Shown here: one piece after another, positions 16,660 to 29,613 of the stretch
Layout: each line of letters starts with the position of its first letter
Numbering within the stretch: position 1 is the first letter of the stretch
From: Dicyema japonicum
Taxonomy: Eukaryota > Animalia > Dicyemida
Length of the DNA stretch: 64,000 nt
Direction of reading: 5' to 3'
Assembly: GCA_011109175.1 (NCBI GenBank)
Contig: RDEW01000003.1
Span: forward strand, 2,119,761-2,183,760
Program-made: the position numbers and the translations under genes
The notes under the pieces: generated by a model
What the model was told of the DNA's origin: nothing
The model's input: only the letters and a program-made list of their open reading frames with translations
The model's database searches: none

Positions 16660-18142
16660 AATTTGATTGATATAACTCGCTAGATACATATATTCCAGTA
16701 ACACTCCTTTTGCTGCTGTAGAACATCCGGAATTTTCAAATTCGTCAAATGCTTCTTCCTTGGGGTCTACTGGTTAGTATACGGTCGACCAATGAAGGTG
16801 GATCGTGTGTACGACCAAATACATGAAGACTGTCGGTAAAGACTCCAGGACAAGACAGTGTCTATGATGTTGGACGGGTGGAGTAACATTCATAATGAAC
16901 CTGTTATTTGTGTGTCAGTTGTAACATCGGATGGAGAAAGCTATCTAATTGACACTGTGGACACCTCTGGATATAGCCACACCGCGGAGTATCTTCAATC
17001 TGTTGCTTTAGCCTCTGCAAAGTCCGGCGAGCAACGGTTTGGGTGTAAAATCGGGAGTCTTGTAACGGACAATGCTGCCAACATGACTAAAATGAGGCGG
17101 ATAATGATGCAAGATGACGATGAAATTATTACACATGGTTACTCGGCACAGTATCTCAACCTTCTCTCAAAGGATGTCAAAGTAGCTGACGTCAAAGAAA
17201 CCATCTTAAGAATAAATACTTTCGAAACGTCCATCTTCCAGCAGCATGGTACAAATCTGCTGAAGGAAAAAAACTTGTTCTTCCGATTGATGTTCGCTGA
17301 AACACTTTATCAGACTGTCCACAATCTTATGTTGATAATTGTAATTTTGAGAATTTGTGAGGAACACAGATCGAATATTGATACAGAGATTGCTTCCAAA
17401 GTACAAAATATTTTCCTAAAACGACGGGTTGAAGAATATTTGCGGCTGATTAAACCAATTGCTGTCGCTTTAGACAAAATTCAAAATGATTCTACGACGA
17501 TTAGTCATGCTGTAGAAATTTGGAAAGAACTTGAACAGACTTAATTGACTATGAATGTACGACTATTTTAGAAAAAGTGAAAACTCGACAGATCAAGCAT
17601 TAACACCTTTCCACTTGCGAATCTAATGGACCCAACACGTTGTGGGAGATCTCTTTCAACTGCTGAAATTGACCTCGCCTGAACATTATGAATATGCTCT
17701 TCCGACTCTGATTAATTTCAGAGCAAAAGCTGATCCAATCAAACTATACATGTTCGTCCGAATTTATTGAGCAAAGTATCACCTATAGCTTGGTGGGAGT
17801 CGAACTCTTACCAGTTACCTTCTGAAGTAACTTTCACTCTGCAAAAAAATTCTTGGAGCAGTTGCTTCCACAGGTGGAATAGAACGAATTTTTCCGACTT
17901 TTGGATTCTTACATTCAAATGTACAAAATAAGCTGGGAATTGAAAAAGCTGACAAACTTGTCTTTTTTACGAGCTTTTAAATAAATAAATACGATTTCCA
18001 TTGTTTTTATTTTTTTTACTTTGTTTCCAAATAAAAATCATTTAATTCAAAAAAATCTGATTTAAATCAAAAAATTTTGTTTAAATCAAAAAAATCGGAT
18101 TTTTCGATTTTTTCATAAAAATCATGATTTTTAACAACCCTG
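16660..18142 (+). mobile_element. hAT DNA transposon, left end missing
   Basis: LDGWSNIHNEP and VTDNAANM catalytic motifs. C-terminal dimerisation motif WWES..ASTGGIERIF..F..H..KL. A/T-rich subterminal repeats and terminal CAACCCTG (reverse complement CAGGGTTG) at 18135-18142. Confidence 0.85.
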
Positions 18143-19399
18143 CCAAGAGTGCACAATTTGCAAGTTTTCAATTCACTTAAAGTAGAAAATTGATATATAT
18201 AATAGGTTACCGATTCTAAATACCACGTGACTGCCAATGTTTCAGGTATTTATTGTATAAAGTATGCTAGAAAGCTTAGATTCAGATCAATTTGGTCTTA
18301 ATTTTTCTCCTGCAAATCTAAATTCAGCCTATTATAAGCGGATGAACAAAAGAATGAACGTTCATCAATCAAAGTATGATTTTTCTATTGGAAATGAAGT
18401 ATGTTTACGGAATAAATTTAGATACGAGTTTTAAAAAATTATGGGAATAATCCATCGCTAGAGTTGAGCAGATTTGAATCTCCAAATAAAGAGCCAAGTA
18501 AAATTACTCAAATTTTGTCAAACAATCTAATAGAGGTTCATCTACTGTTGTTATCACAGATTAAGGCACATTCAGGAGAAGTGAAAATAGTCAACATGGG
18601 TCGAGTCAAGAAAATACTGACTTTAAAAAATAAATTCTTTGATTTTTGATTATGAACCTGTTAATCTGTAGTTAATCTGTAGTCTGGGAAAATCTAAGGA
18701 GAAGCCATATTTGATAGTTTGCAGTTTGAAAGATCTTTTCAAGAGGATAAGTTTTTCCATCACATGTGATAGATATGATGGAGACCGGTAGATAGAGGGG
18801 ATGGGCGGCTAATTTTGCCTCAGAATAGGGTGACTCAAGGATTTCTTCCATTAAGATGGATCTCTTAAACTATGGAGTTTTTGATGTTCTTAAAAGAAAT
18901 TTGTTAATAATAATAACTAAGGAAGTAACATTAGTCAACTTCTTGGGAAGACCTTTGATGTTCAAATGGAGGATTATTCACTTTCGATGAGTTGATTCTA
19001 GTCATAGTTAAGCTCAATGTCATTACACTTCCAAAAAATCTGCGAACAGTAGTTTGATCCTTCCATGTAAAGGAAAAGAGATATGTTTTGTCTGTAGGTT
19101 ACAATTGCAAGTAGTTTTCTCAACGAGCAATGGCCCACGTAAAAACTTACGACTAATGCAGACTAATGTTATTCATTTGTTATTCGGTCAAGATCTCCCT
19201 TTTTTGTTACAGAAATGCGTTCAAATTTTTTAAAACAAACAAGACAAGCCGAGCTCAAAGACAGTTTGTGCTTGAAGAATGAAAAAACCTATGCAAGACG
19301 CTTCTTACTTGCTGTGATTATCATCCCATGTTTTCATCTCCTCTTTCTATTTCTTTATTAATATTAACTTTAATAATTTGCAGAAAGTAGATTATTGAT

Positions 19400-20478
19400 A
19401 TTTTAAAAAATTGCACAAATAATAAAAAAGCCTCTTCCTATTGAGAAACTGCTTGTCCATTCCAAGATTAAACTATTTACTAAGGACTGCACCATGTTAT
19501 AAGTGTGATTCCCTTTTAATGGAATACTCTGATTGCCTCAAAAGATGTACTGAATTCGTACTTAAAGTTTCCCTTGACACCCCTGGATGGATACAGACTC
19601 AATTACCGATATCATTGGGTGGAATCGGTCTTACTACTCCCTGCTAAATTGCTGGCCCGGCATATTTTGCCTCAAAACTTTCATGCAAAAACCAAGTGGA
19701 CTCAATTCTTTCAAAGCTTCCATCTCGGAAACTGTCCAATGACTTGGTTGAATACATGGACGTGTGGCGGAGTGAAGGGCTTAGCGAGCCGCGTAATCCA
19801 AACCAACAATCGTCTTGGATGATCCATAGATGGAATGCTCTGGCATCCAACCTAGTCAGCCGGCTCTCTGGACATCGCCTGGACTGTTTCCAAAATTCGA
19901 GGGAGGCGGTTGATGGATCTTGGCTTGGGGTTTACCCATGTCAAGAAGTTGGTGGATTGTTGGATGATGACTCCCTTCGTATAGCTGTATGTCTACACCT
20001 CGGATTGCCTGTTTGCACCAAATCGAAGTGCAAATGTGGCTGTCTATCGGACGAACTGGGTCTCCACCTCCTCTCATGCCGGATCGAACCGACTGGTCTA
20101 TTTGACAACGGAAGACGCCCTGACGGCATGACCTCCTTTCCTTTCGAGCGAGGGCGAAACCTTGTATGGGATGTGACCTGTGTCTGCTCTTTCGCCCCAA
20201 GCAAAAAAAATAATTCTCCGGGCAGACCTTCTTCTCAAGCAGAGGAAATGAAAAATGCTAAGTATTCGGATATCAGCGACAGGTACATTTTCGCACCTGT
20301 CGCGATTGAAACTTCGGGGAACTTTGGCCCTAAAACGCTGAAGTTTTTGAATCATCTTGGAAAACTACTATCCAACAAAACTGGTGATCTTCGTGAGACG
20401 AGATGGCTCAAGGTGAGGCTCTCGTTGGCTGTTGTCCGTGGGAATAGCATATGCATCTCCCAACAGCTGAATAATTAA
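19400..20478 (+). mobile_element. CRE-like non-LTR retrotransposon 3' part (RT thumb + REL)
   Basis: LRNCLSIPRLNYLLRT, QLPISLGGIG, SWL..P..G.LLDDDSLRIAV, RRPDGMT..WDVTC..KNAKY..FAPVAIETSG..RLSLAVVRGN. Confidence 0.88.
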
Positions 20479-20618
20479 AATTAACTATTCTTTTTCCTTA
20501 TAATAAAATAATTAATAAATTTATAAAAAGTTTACTTAGAAAGCTTTGGAGACAAAAATGAATTTCAGAATAAGCAAATCAACAATAAAAATTTTAATAA
20601 AAAATATCAAATTATGTC

Positions 20619-21230
20619 TTAATGAATAAGATTTCTCTTTAGAAGGCGTATTTCATAAAAAATAAGAATAGCTGATTCCAAAGGAAGTTTAAGTTGATTC
20701 ACAACTTCATCCCGTGTTATAAAGAGAAGATCAAATCCTTCAATTTTCTGCCAAATGACTCAAACTGTTACCTGTTCCAAAAATACCTGAGACTCCACAG
20801 GAAACCCCAATCCCTTCACCCAATCAGAGACTTCTGATGGCTTCCATTTTGCTAAGTCGACAGCATTGACACTTTTATGAGGCAAACGGCTGCTGCAGTT
20901 AAAGCAGATCGAGGACATAGGAATTCCGACGAGGTCATCATAGGAGAAATCATCACAATCAAGGTGAAATGCGAGATCACATCGCGTACACACGACGAGT
21001 TCCTCAAAGTCATTTTCGCAACAAATTGCACAGACTTTGCAGTCCATGCAAATCCATCCTTCAGATTTTCCGATTTTTTTGGGATCAATTTGATAGTTGA
21101 TGCAGGATGTGTGATCTAGAAAACTTTAGAGATCGGGTTTACGTGAGTTCTCACATTTGGAGCACTTAAGAATCTCACTACTGTAGCCGATTGCTTCACA
21201 TACCCTGCAGGTTGATTGCTTCTTGACCAT
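20619..21230 (-). CDS. Double PHD finger + SAM domain chromatin protein (invertebrate SAMD1-like architecture); may have further 5' exons
   Basis: CRVC..KCSKC..H.SC..WICMDCKVCAIC..VVCTRCDLAFHLDC..ICFNC, then the SAM domain KWKPSEVSDWVKGLGF..F.EQKIEG.DLL. Introns 24 and 27 nt. Confidence 0.75.
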
Positions 21231-21984
21231 CCACCAATAATTTATCTAAATGAAGTGTAACGATGCTATATATGCGTGTAAATCACATTTTAATTACCTC
21301 AACCAATAAATGCACTTGATTTGGATATTTAAAGTAATAATCTGACTTTATTCGGCTAACAATTTCCTGTTTACAAAACACATAATCTTAGTTTTGCATA
21401 CTTATATGGATCGAGGTCACTTAACTATAACTTTTCCACAGTAACTCTCACCTACTTCTTAAGGCTAGGGGTCACTTCTTAATTATGTCTAACAACTCCC
21501 CTTGTATAATTCTTGAAGGCTAATGAGATCACTTTTGTACACTTCCCATGACTATTGCATACTTCCTGTATTTTCAATATTTTGCTTATTTTCACCAATA
21601 AAAATTTCTGGAATATTAGCGAAATACTGTAATTAAAAAATCTTTGAATTATCTTGGATAGTCGATGAATTCATTCCACGACTATAAGTCTATTTAAATA
21701 AAGATTTCTTATGTTTCTCATCTCCTTTTTCACAGAATGACGTCATACCAATATTGCCTAAGTTCCCTCTAATTCCCAATATTGCCTATTTTTCGTCATA
21801 AACTCAGAAAATATCTTCAACTCGTTCTCCAACTAAGTTTCGTGTCTTCTCAAATCATTCCCTCCTTTGCCAAATACAATCTCCTAAGCTCAGTCAGAAC
21901 CTCCAATTTATCCACATATTATAGAGTTTAGTGCATTACCGTAAAATGGTGATTAAAACCTGTTATGAGTATATCCGTTATAGT

Positions 21985-23540
21985 GACAATCCTAACATAC
22001 TTCCAACTGAGAGATAGAGAGGTATCCGAGTATTTCAAGTTGTTCTGCTTTGGTTTAAGTGACTTTCAGGATGATCTCTATGAACATCCCCATGATCGAG
22101 TCCCATTCAGGCTGCGAAAATTCAAAATTGGTAACTTCACATTTCGAGGTGTTCAGAGTTAGACATAGGGATTCCATTTGAACTATCAGACTTTTCAAAC
22201 AATCCAGCACATTCTTCAGATGACCCCCATGGTGCAATCATCCAAATACCATACTTTCAGAGGAGTAGAACAATATCATGTGATACGGGCAATTCCCATG
22301 CTGAACAAGGCAGGGTCCAATGGGTCTCCTTGTTGGACTTCAGAGGACGAGGGAATAAAGTACCGACCTTGGACTAGACTGGAAGGTTTTCCACATGAGC
22401 TACGAACATAGATGTACACTGATGGGTACCCTATCGTGTTAAAGGCGTTTTTGACATCAATTTTGACGATTGCATGAGGAATATTCTCGTTCTTATTATA
22501 CGGACAGCATGAATTACCCTTCACAGCCCTCGGGTGTGCCGACTCCTATTTGGGTTGGTTGTAGCTGTGTACAAGCACAGGAAGGGTTGCTCTGCATACG
22601 AGCTTTGAGGCCAACCAAACCAAAATCAATAGGGCATATTCCTCCTCCCTTTTTATCGAATGTGGTTAACTTTGCCGAGAACATGAAGTGTCGAATTGCT
22701 TCTGATGGTGTCCCTGAAAGCATCCTGTTTATTAGCCAACACAAGTCGGACGCAAGAGTTGCCGTGTTCTGAGCAATGAGGTCTTTGAGGTGTCCCGGAC
22801 AGAGTCCATCAAGTTCTCCACTGCTGCTCGGGACGAAAGAGAGAATCCCATCTTTTAAGTCCTTTTCAGAAACAAGTAGATTAGGTAATTTTCCAGGGAA
22901 AGGTGGGATCCGATGGTCATTTGGGGGACTTGGGTGTCGCTCAACAAGTGCTGCGTAGGAATGTTCAGATGGCTCAAGTATACGGTTCTGATTCAAGAAT
23001 CCTCACGGCAGCACGGATTCCACCTTCGGGAAGTGCACTTTCTTAATCTTTGTGTCCGAGACGACTATGCTTCTCATAGTTTTGGAATGTGTAAGTGTGC
23101 TTTTCTGAGTCATAAGTTCCCAGAGGAGGATGTGTGGATATTTTTCGTACTATTGACGTGAGTGATTTCTCTTCTTTCCCCCTCCTATGGGGTATGCATA
23201 GTGTGAATGGAGCGAAGCAAAATAATCGCACCCAATCCTCATCGTCAGAAGAGACTACCATTTCAATACACTCGCATAGGCAGTCCGCAACAGATACACG
23301 GGCAGCTTGAAATTCCTGATCAGGAGTCTTCGTGTGTGTAAGGTTTGAGATCAATTCAAGTATTTCCTGATGATCCGGTGGAACTTGTTCAGAAAGATAG
23401 TGTAGAGTCGAGGATGTCGGATTCTCTGGTGAGAGACATGACTGACAATGCCGTTCGGAAAAAATAGCCAGGGCTCTTCAGTCATTCCTACACAGAACAC
23501 GTGGAAACCAAACGAACAGGCCGTGCAGTGGATCAATCTT
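21985..23540 (-). mobile_element. Degenerate CRE-like element: partial PHD finger, N-terminal region and RT
   Basis: IHCTACSFGFHVFCVG..CQSC, DWVRLFCFAP, LCPGHLKDL, KIDVKNAFN, SSEVQQGDPLDPALF, WYLDD. Confidence 0.8.
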
Positions 23541-23581
23541 AATATATTGAAAATTCAAAAATATATTGAAAACTACACAAA

Positions 23582-25636
23582 TCAAATCAAAGTTTTGCAT
23601 GGAAAACAAACTTTCCCACAATTTTCCGAGCAATCCAGGCAGAGGGAACAATGACAGACTCTGCAATGAAATTCCACCGACAACCTGCAATAACGGCCAT
23701 CCTTGATATCGCAGTTACATATTTTGCACGTGTCATCCTTATCGAATAGAAAGTCCTGAATATTCTGCTTAATCTGAGATTTAATCTGACATGAAATATT
23801 TCCATTACCACGTTAAACTCATCAGCCTGGGGACACATTTCACGGTACGACGTCTTCCATTTGTCCTCGATTGCCGGATCTATCAAACATAGAAGCCCGT
23901 CGTCGTCCACGTGCAAATTCGAAGATGATCCTCCTTCCTCTGAAAAGTCATATGGCAACATAGGCGAATATCGTGGGTCCATAAAACGCAGAGAAGCATC
24001 AAGCACGTGACAGTTTTCTTGGTCTTCGTCAAAAAGCTCCCCCCAAAACTGGTAAGAATTTTCGTTAAATGTCGGAAACAGACACTACCGTTTACTGAGA
24101 ACACTACAGAACTCCCACGTTGATACATCAGGTTATGGAAGGAAAAATCACCGGGTTTTAAAAGGGACCACACAGAGAACACGGAATCCTCCAAGTCGTC
24201 CAACTGTTTTTGACAATTTTTAAGAAAGTCGCCAAAAATAGTCGAATACACGTGCTCGGTCAGTTTTTTCTTATCAAATAAAGATAATGTTTACAATAAA
24301 ATGTTTATTAAACTGAAATTTATCGGGAAACTGGGAAATCAGTTGATTAACGCAGTCAAGAAATTGGAGGAAGATAGGGGACTCCTCCTCGTGGGAACAA
24401 CGGTGGGCGAACTGATGTCCATAAAGAATCCACTCTTTTTCTACTAGAAGTTCGAATCCCTAATGAATGAGTCAGTCCTATCAACCAGTATAGTTCTGTA
24501 GAAAGGATCAATCATCAGCTGTATGAGACTTGTTATTTGAGGGGTTCTGTCCCAGCCATCGCTGCAGTGGACCAGTACAGTTGTTCCCGCTAGAAGTGAC
24601 CTTCCCAACCACGTGGCCTGTTTAAGAAGACTGACAACCGAGTCCCCCCAGTCCCTCAAATATAAATAAATGAAAACTTGTAGGAACATGATGACTTTCT
24701 AATTTGTTTAAAGTAACTCCTTACTGAGTGAATATTAACGAGGTTGAGGAACTCCACACGAGCATTTTTGTAATAATCTACTATAAATACGGGTATTACC
24801 TGTGTTCTCGAAGCCTCCTCCCCTCACTCGGTTGGCCATGGCAGTTGAGTATGACCGACAGTCCGCGATGATCATGTTACTCCCAAAGAGTCCCACATAC
24901 CGCTCATCCTGGCTACATCGGTACCCTATAATGGAAATGGAAGGCTGAGATGATCTAAGCAGGACTGCTTTGGATTTAACGGACCTTCATTTATGAGAGG
25001 AATCAACCTCCACACAACTGAAGGAATTCGGCCGTTAAAACGGAAATTTGCGGAGACTCTCAAATCCTCGTCCTTCACTCTACGAGGGACGATCATTAGT
25101 TTTGGATAGGAGGGACATAATCTAAGATAATTTCTAAAAATACGAATAATCAGAATTTATGAAAGAAATTCGCCACGAGGACTTTGTGTTAAATCTCAGC
25201 CTCCTGTACTCACTAAGGAGAATATCAGTGCTTTCTGAGTTTCCTTTCTCGAGGACTTTATCCCTCCATTCCGACCGGGTAAGGAAACCACTCCTCCTAT
25301 TCGTCCTCGAGTTAAAGAAGTCGAAGGCTGCCGGGGAGAAGAAGTGGTTATTAAGTACTTCAAATACTCTCTTGGAGACATCACAGCACCAGAAACCCAG
25401 TCTTCTAATAATCACCCAAAATACTTGTGTATGCCTCCGTCCATTCTCGTAATTTGTAAAGTCGCTTCATTAAGGGAAATAATTTGTTTTATCATTTTGA
25501 TGAATAAAATGATCTTTTGATTGCTCAGAACTGCGGCAAATCTGAATTTAGTGATAAGCACAAATTCTGAGTCTTTGAAGTAAAGGAGAATGATTTCTTC
25601 TCCTGGCAGCAAAAATTTAGTTAAATTTCTTTCCAT
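23582..25636 (-). CDS. Myotubularin-related phosphoinositide phosphatase with a C-terminal FYVE-like domain (MTMR3/4 type)
   Basis: Catalytic [40 protein letters not shown], terminal CKIC..HCRVC..LCLDC..VCFPC*. Confidence 0.88.
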
Positions 25637-26102
25637 AAATTATTATATAATGTTATCACATTTAAAAATTATTTTAACCTTAAATTACCAAATATTTAAT
25701 TTTTTAATAAAATAATTTAATTTATTAAAAAAATAATTTTAGTTTATTAAAGTCGTGAACAATAGCAATTATTTCCCGCTAACGACTCACATGGTTGAGA
25801 GCCAATTTCCTTTGTATTGTATCGATTAAAAAGTATCAATAATAGGTGATTGATTTAAATTTGTGGTTTGCGTTAAATTATATTAAATTACAGTCTTACA
25901 AAAAACAGACTCTTCAAATAAGATTAAGTATGCGCTAAAAATAGAAAATTTTTATAGGTGACGTCATTCTGATCCAATTATAGCCTTTTCTATTATTATG
26001 GAACTCAGTGTCCTCATGCAGTGAATTACACTCGAGAAGGATTCTGTTGATGTTTAAATTTACTGATTTGACTACTTTTGGCTTTACTAGTTTGTGGGTT
26101 AC

Positions 26103-26480
26103 TCAGAGCTGATGACTGTAAAATATTCTGTTCAACATTTCATTGGATTTTACTAATATCGATCGCTGGTATTGATCATGCTTAATATAAACATCTGCGG
26201 TCTGGCTTAATCTTGGTAAAATGTCCACACTTAAACTTTTCACAAAGAAGACCATGAGCGAGTTATAGCTCAAGACGACCTCCAAAGAATGAAGACAGAA
26301 TGTTTGAAATCTCACATGGAATCCGTAAATTAATACTGTGACAACTTGTACTTGACAATACATATTATTCGCGTGCATGCAAAGAATGTGCGCAAAGCCA
26401 GCGATTGAGGCACAAATTCCAATGATAAATATTATAGAAAAATTCCCATTCGAAGATTTCCAATGGATTTAATGGATCTG
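26103..26480 (-). CDS. Hypothetical membrane-protein fragment
   Basis: Open hydrophobic frame FSIIFIIGICASIAGFAHIL.. continuing into the 91-aa ORF. No family recognised. Confidence 0.25.
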
Positions 26481-26679
26481 ACAGATGTGTTCAGAAAAAG
26501 CTCTAGTTTCGAAAAAAAGCAACCATTATTTTTTCAGAACTATTTTTATTGTTCTGGACCTCCAAAAATTCTAAAATGGAAAGGAATTCAAAAACGATTG
26601 TATAAAATGTCTATGCAGAGGATTTAGCGTTCTATAGAAGTTTAGTCGTCCGAGGCATCCACAGTCCCAAGGCCAGTGG

Positions 26680-29400
26680 AAATATGTATGTTATGTTATT
26701 CAAATTAAGTAGTGTCCGACCCTTGGAGATCTCATGAGCCAATTTTCTACACTCTCCCTGATCCATCGCAATTTGGAGTAGCCTTGATATAGGCATTCCC
26801 GTGACGTCTTCTACCGTGGATAGCCACCGAGTCCTCGGTCGACCAGGTCTTCTTTTCCCAGTAATATTGCTCAGTATAATGGTTCTTCCCAGGGAATCAG
26901 AGCGGACAGCATGCCCAAAGAACGCCAATCTGTGTTTTACGATTCTTCCTTCTAGCGAAATGTCCGTCTCCACCCGTTTGAGTACATCGGTGTTTGTTAT
27001 TTTGGAAGTCCAAGGGATTCTTAGTAAACTCCTCCAGCACCAAAGTTCAAAAGCATCAATTTTCGTCTATCCGCCTTTTTCAGTATCCATGATTTGCGCC
27101 GTATAGAAAAACCGGGAACACGATTGCATTAACCAGTCTGCATTTGGTCCTTAAGCTAATATTTTTGCTTTTCCAAATTCTATTCATTCTCAGTCCCATG
27201 GCAATTCGCCTCTTGATTTCCAAGCCTCCGTCACCATTCCGATTAATTTTTTTTAAAGAAAGAAATTTTATTATCAAATGAATAAAAATTAAATTAAGGC
27301 ATCTGAATGGCCATGCTATTTCCCCTAACAATTCCGATTAATTAGACATCGCCACTCTCTATTTTCTTATTCCCAATTTTTAGTTCCATTATTAGCAGTC
27401 GTCATAATTTTGGTCTTCTTGATATTTAGCAATAAACCAAAGACGGCGCTCTCTTCTCTTAATCTTAGAATCAACTCCCTGAGGCCATCCTCTGTTTCAG
27501 CCAGTAAGGTTATATCGTCAGCATAGTACAAATTATTGATATTCCTGCCTCCAATTTTAATCCGTTATTTGATACAGTATCCAATTTAGTCATGATCATT
27601 TCGGCATAAATATTGAATAGGATGGGAGATAATAAGCATCCTTGTTTTACTCCTTTACCAATTTTGAACCAATCGGTATCTCCATACACTGTTCTAACAG
27701 CAGCTTCTTGATTCTTATAAAGAGATTTTATAAGCAATATCAGATAAGCATCGAATCCAAATTCTTTTAAAGCGAACCACAGCTTGTCATGTATAACGGA
27801 ATCAAAAGTCCACCGGACATTTGCTATATGGTCACGTGTGCCTCGTCCCTTCTTGAATCCTGCTTGGACGTCCGGTAGAATCATTTCGGCATTTGGCATT
27901 AGACAATGTTTTATTATCTTTAGAAGCATTTTGCTGACGTGGGGAATTAAGGCTATTGTACGATAGTTTGAACAGTCCTTGCTATCCCCTTTTTTCGGAA
28001 TTAGAATAAATATAGATCTTTTCCACTCACGTGGCCAAATACCAGTTTCCCAAATTTTTTGACATAGACTGGTGATAGCTGTCAGCGGTATAGCCTTCAA
28101 CAACGAGATGTTGTCAATCTCCGGTGCCTTGTTCCCCGTTAATTGCCGTGTAGCCCACACGCATTCCTCCTCAAGGATTTTATGCCTCTCACCCAACGTT
28201 GCTTCATCAACACAAATGGGTGGGCACACAGTTTCTGAATATATGCCGTATATTCTCTCCAACGATTTCGGATGTTCTGTTGGCTTAGCAATTCTACACC
28301 ATCCTTGTCCTTGATTTTGCCCATCATTTTCGTAAAGGGGGTTTGTAATCTTTTTAGTTGTAAATACGCATTCCTAGTGTGACCTCTCTTATAGTCATCT
28401 TCCAATTTTTTGCAGCGTAACCTCCAGTAGTCTTCTTTATCCTTCCTGGCTGCTTTTTTGAATTCAGAGTTAAGTTTTCTTGTCTCGTCTCGATTCCCAG
28501 AGACTTTAGCAGCTTTACGAGCCTCAGCAATGTTTAGGATGTTGGCAGAGAGCCACTCAGAGCACTTGGCTGGCGTTTTGTCTTTGACATGTTTTATTGC
28601 AGCGTTCCTGATAACCAACTGCATATCATTCCACAATTTATCAGACATCCTTCCGTTCAAATGCAGTAATCCAATATTGTGCTAAACTTCCATTGTGTAT
28701 TCTGGTGGTATGTTTGAGACATCGAATTTCTTTAATCGGGGGTATTCCAAGTTTTACTGAATTTCGTCCTAATTTTTGCAACAAGTAGTTCTGTTCCACA
28801 GTATGTCCCTGGATATGTTTTGACGGCTGTTATAGAGCTTTTCCAGCGTTTGGCGCACAAATATAATCAATCTGGTTCCTAGACATTCCATTTGGCGACG
28901 TCCAAGTGTATAATCGTTGTTTGCGCTGTTTGAACCATGCCCCCAGCATCATTTCTTTTCCCCAAACCAAAACCTCCCACAATATGTGGCATACACCCAA
29001 CTTTTAAGTTGAAATCCCTCATTATGTAGATTATGTCCTTTTTGGTATTAGTTTTAGTGCCTCTTGAAATTCATAATAAAATTGATCAGTTTCGTCATTC
29101 CTGGCAATAGATGTTGGGGGATACACTTGCATGACTGTAATTTTCAATGGTCGTCCAGTGAAGTTCGCTTACTCCAAGCAGGTCAATATCAAGCCTTCTC
29201 ATTTCTCTTTTTTACGACTTTTAGTTTTCCTTCGCTTAAGCCTACGATCCATGTTGCGAACTTGTGAGATTCTGTGTGACGAAGACTCGAGATTTGATGT
29301 TTTGCAGTAACGTTGCTTCCAATAATATCGTAGGAGAGTTTGCTCATAAGATTTTTTAGCATTTAAATACAGGGTAGGTTGCCAGGTCTTTCCCCATCAA
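26680..29400 (-). mobile_element. Near full-length degenerate RTE (BovB-like) LINE
   Basis: APE (IDLLGVSELHW), RT (GFKKGRGTRDHI, GVKQGCLLSPILFN, YADD), C-terminal RLAFFGHAVR..GKRRPGRPRTRW, and an (ACATA)n-like tail. Confidence 0.88.
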
Positions 29401-29613
29401 CAGCTCTTAATGAATTTCCGTAGATATATTTATAGGAGACAGCAGAAAGAAAACATACTCGCGGAACTCTGGAGCCGATCAGTTTGGTTGCCATGGAGGG
29501 AACTGAATTGATCTTTTATATATTCGTCATTTTCGAAAAGATAAATGACAACAAAATAAAATAATTTTAAATAAATTTAATAATTATTTATTTATTTTTC
29601 AAAAACACAATTA

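Noticed and set aside
21540-21960. Coding-like frames interrupted by TAA/TAG, suggesting stop-codon reassignment
   Set aside because: Well-resolved genes in the window end at TAA, TAG and TGA, and have no internal stops once introns are removed.
24375-24420. HDV-like ribozyme look-alike (CCTCCTCG...GGCGAA)
   Set aside because: P1 and P3 pairings cannot be formed, and it is the antisense of conserved myotubularin codons ([15 protein letters not shown]).
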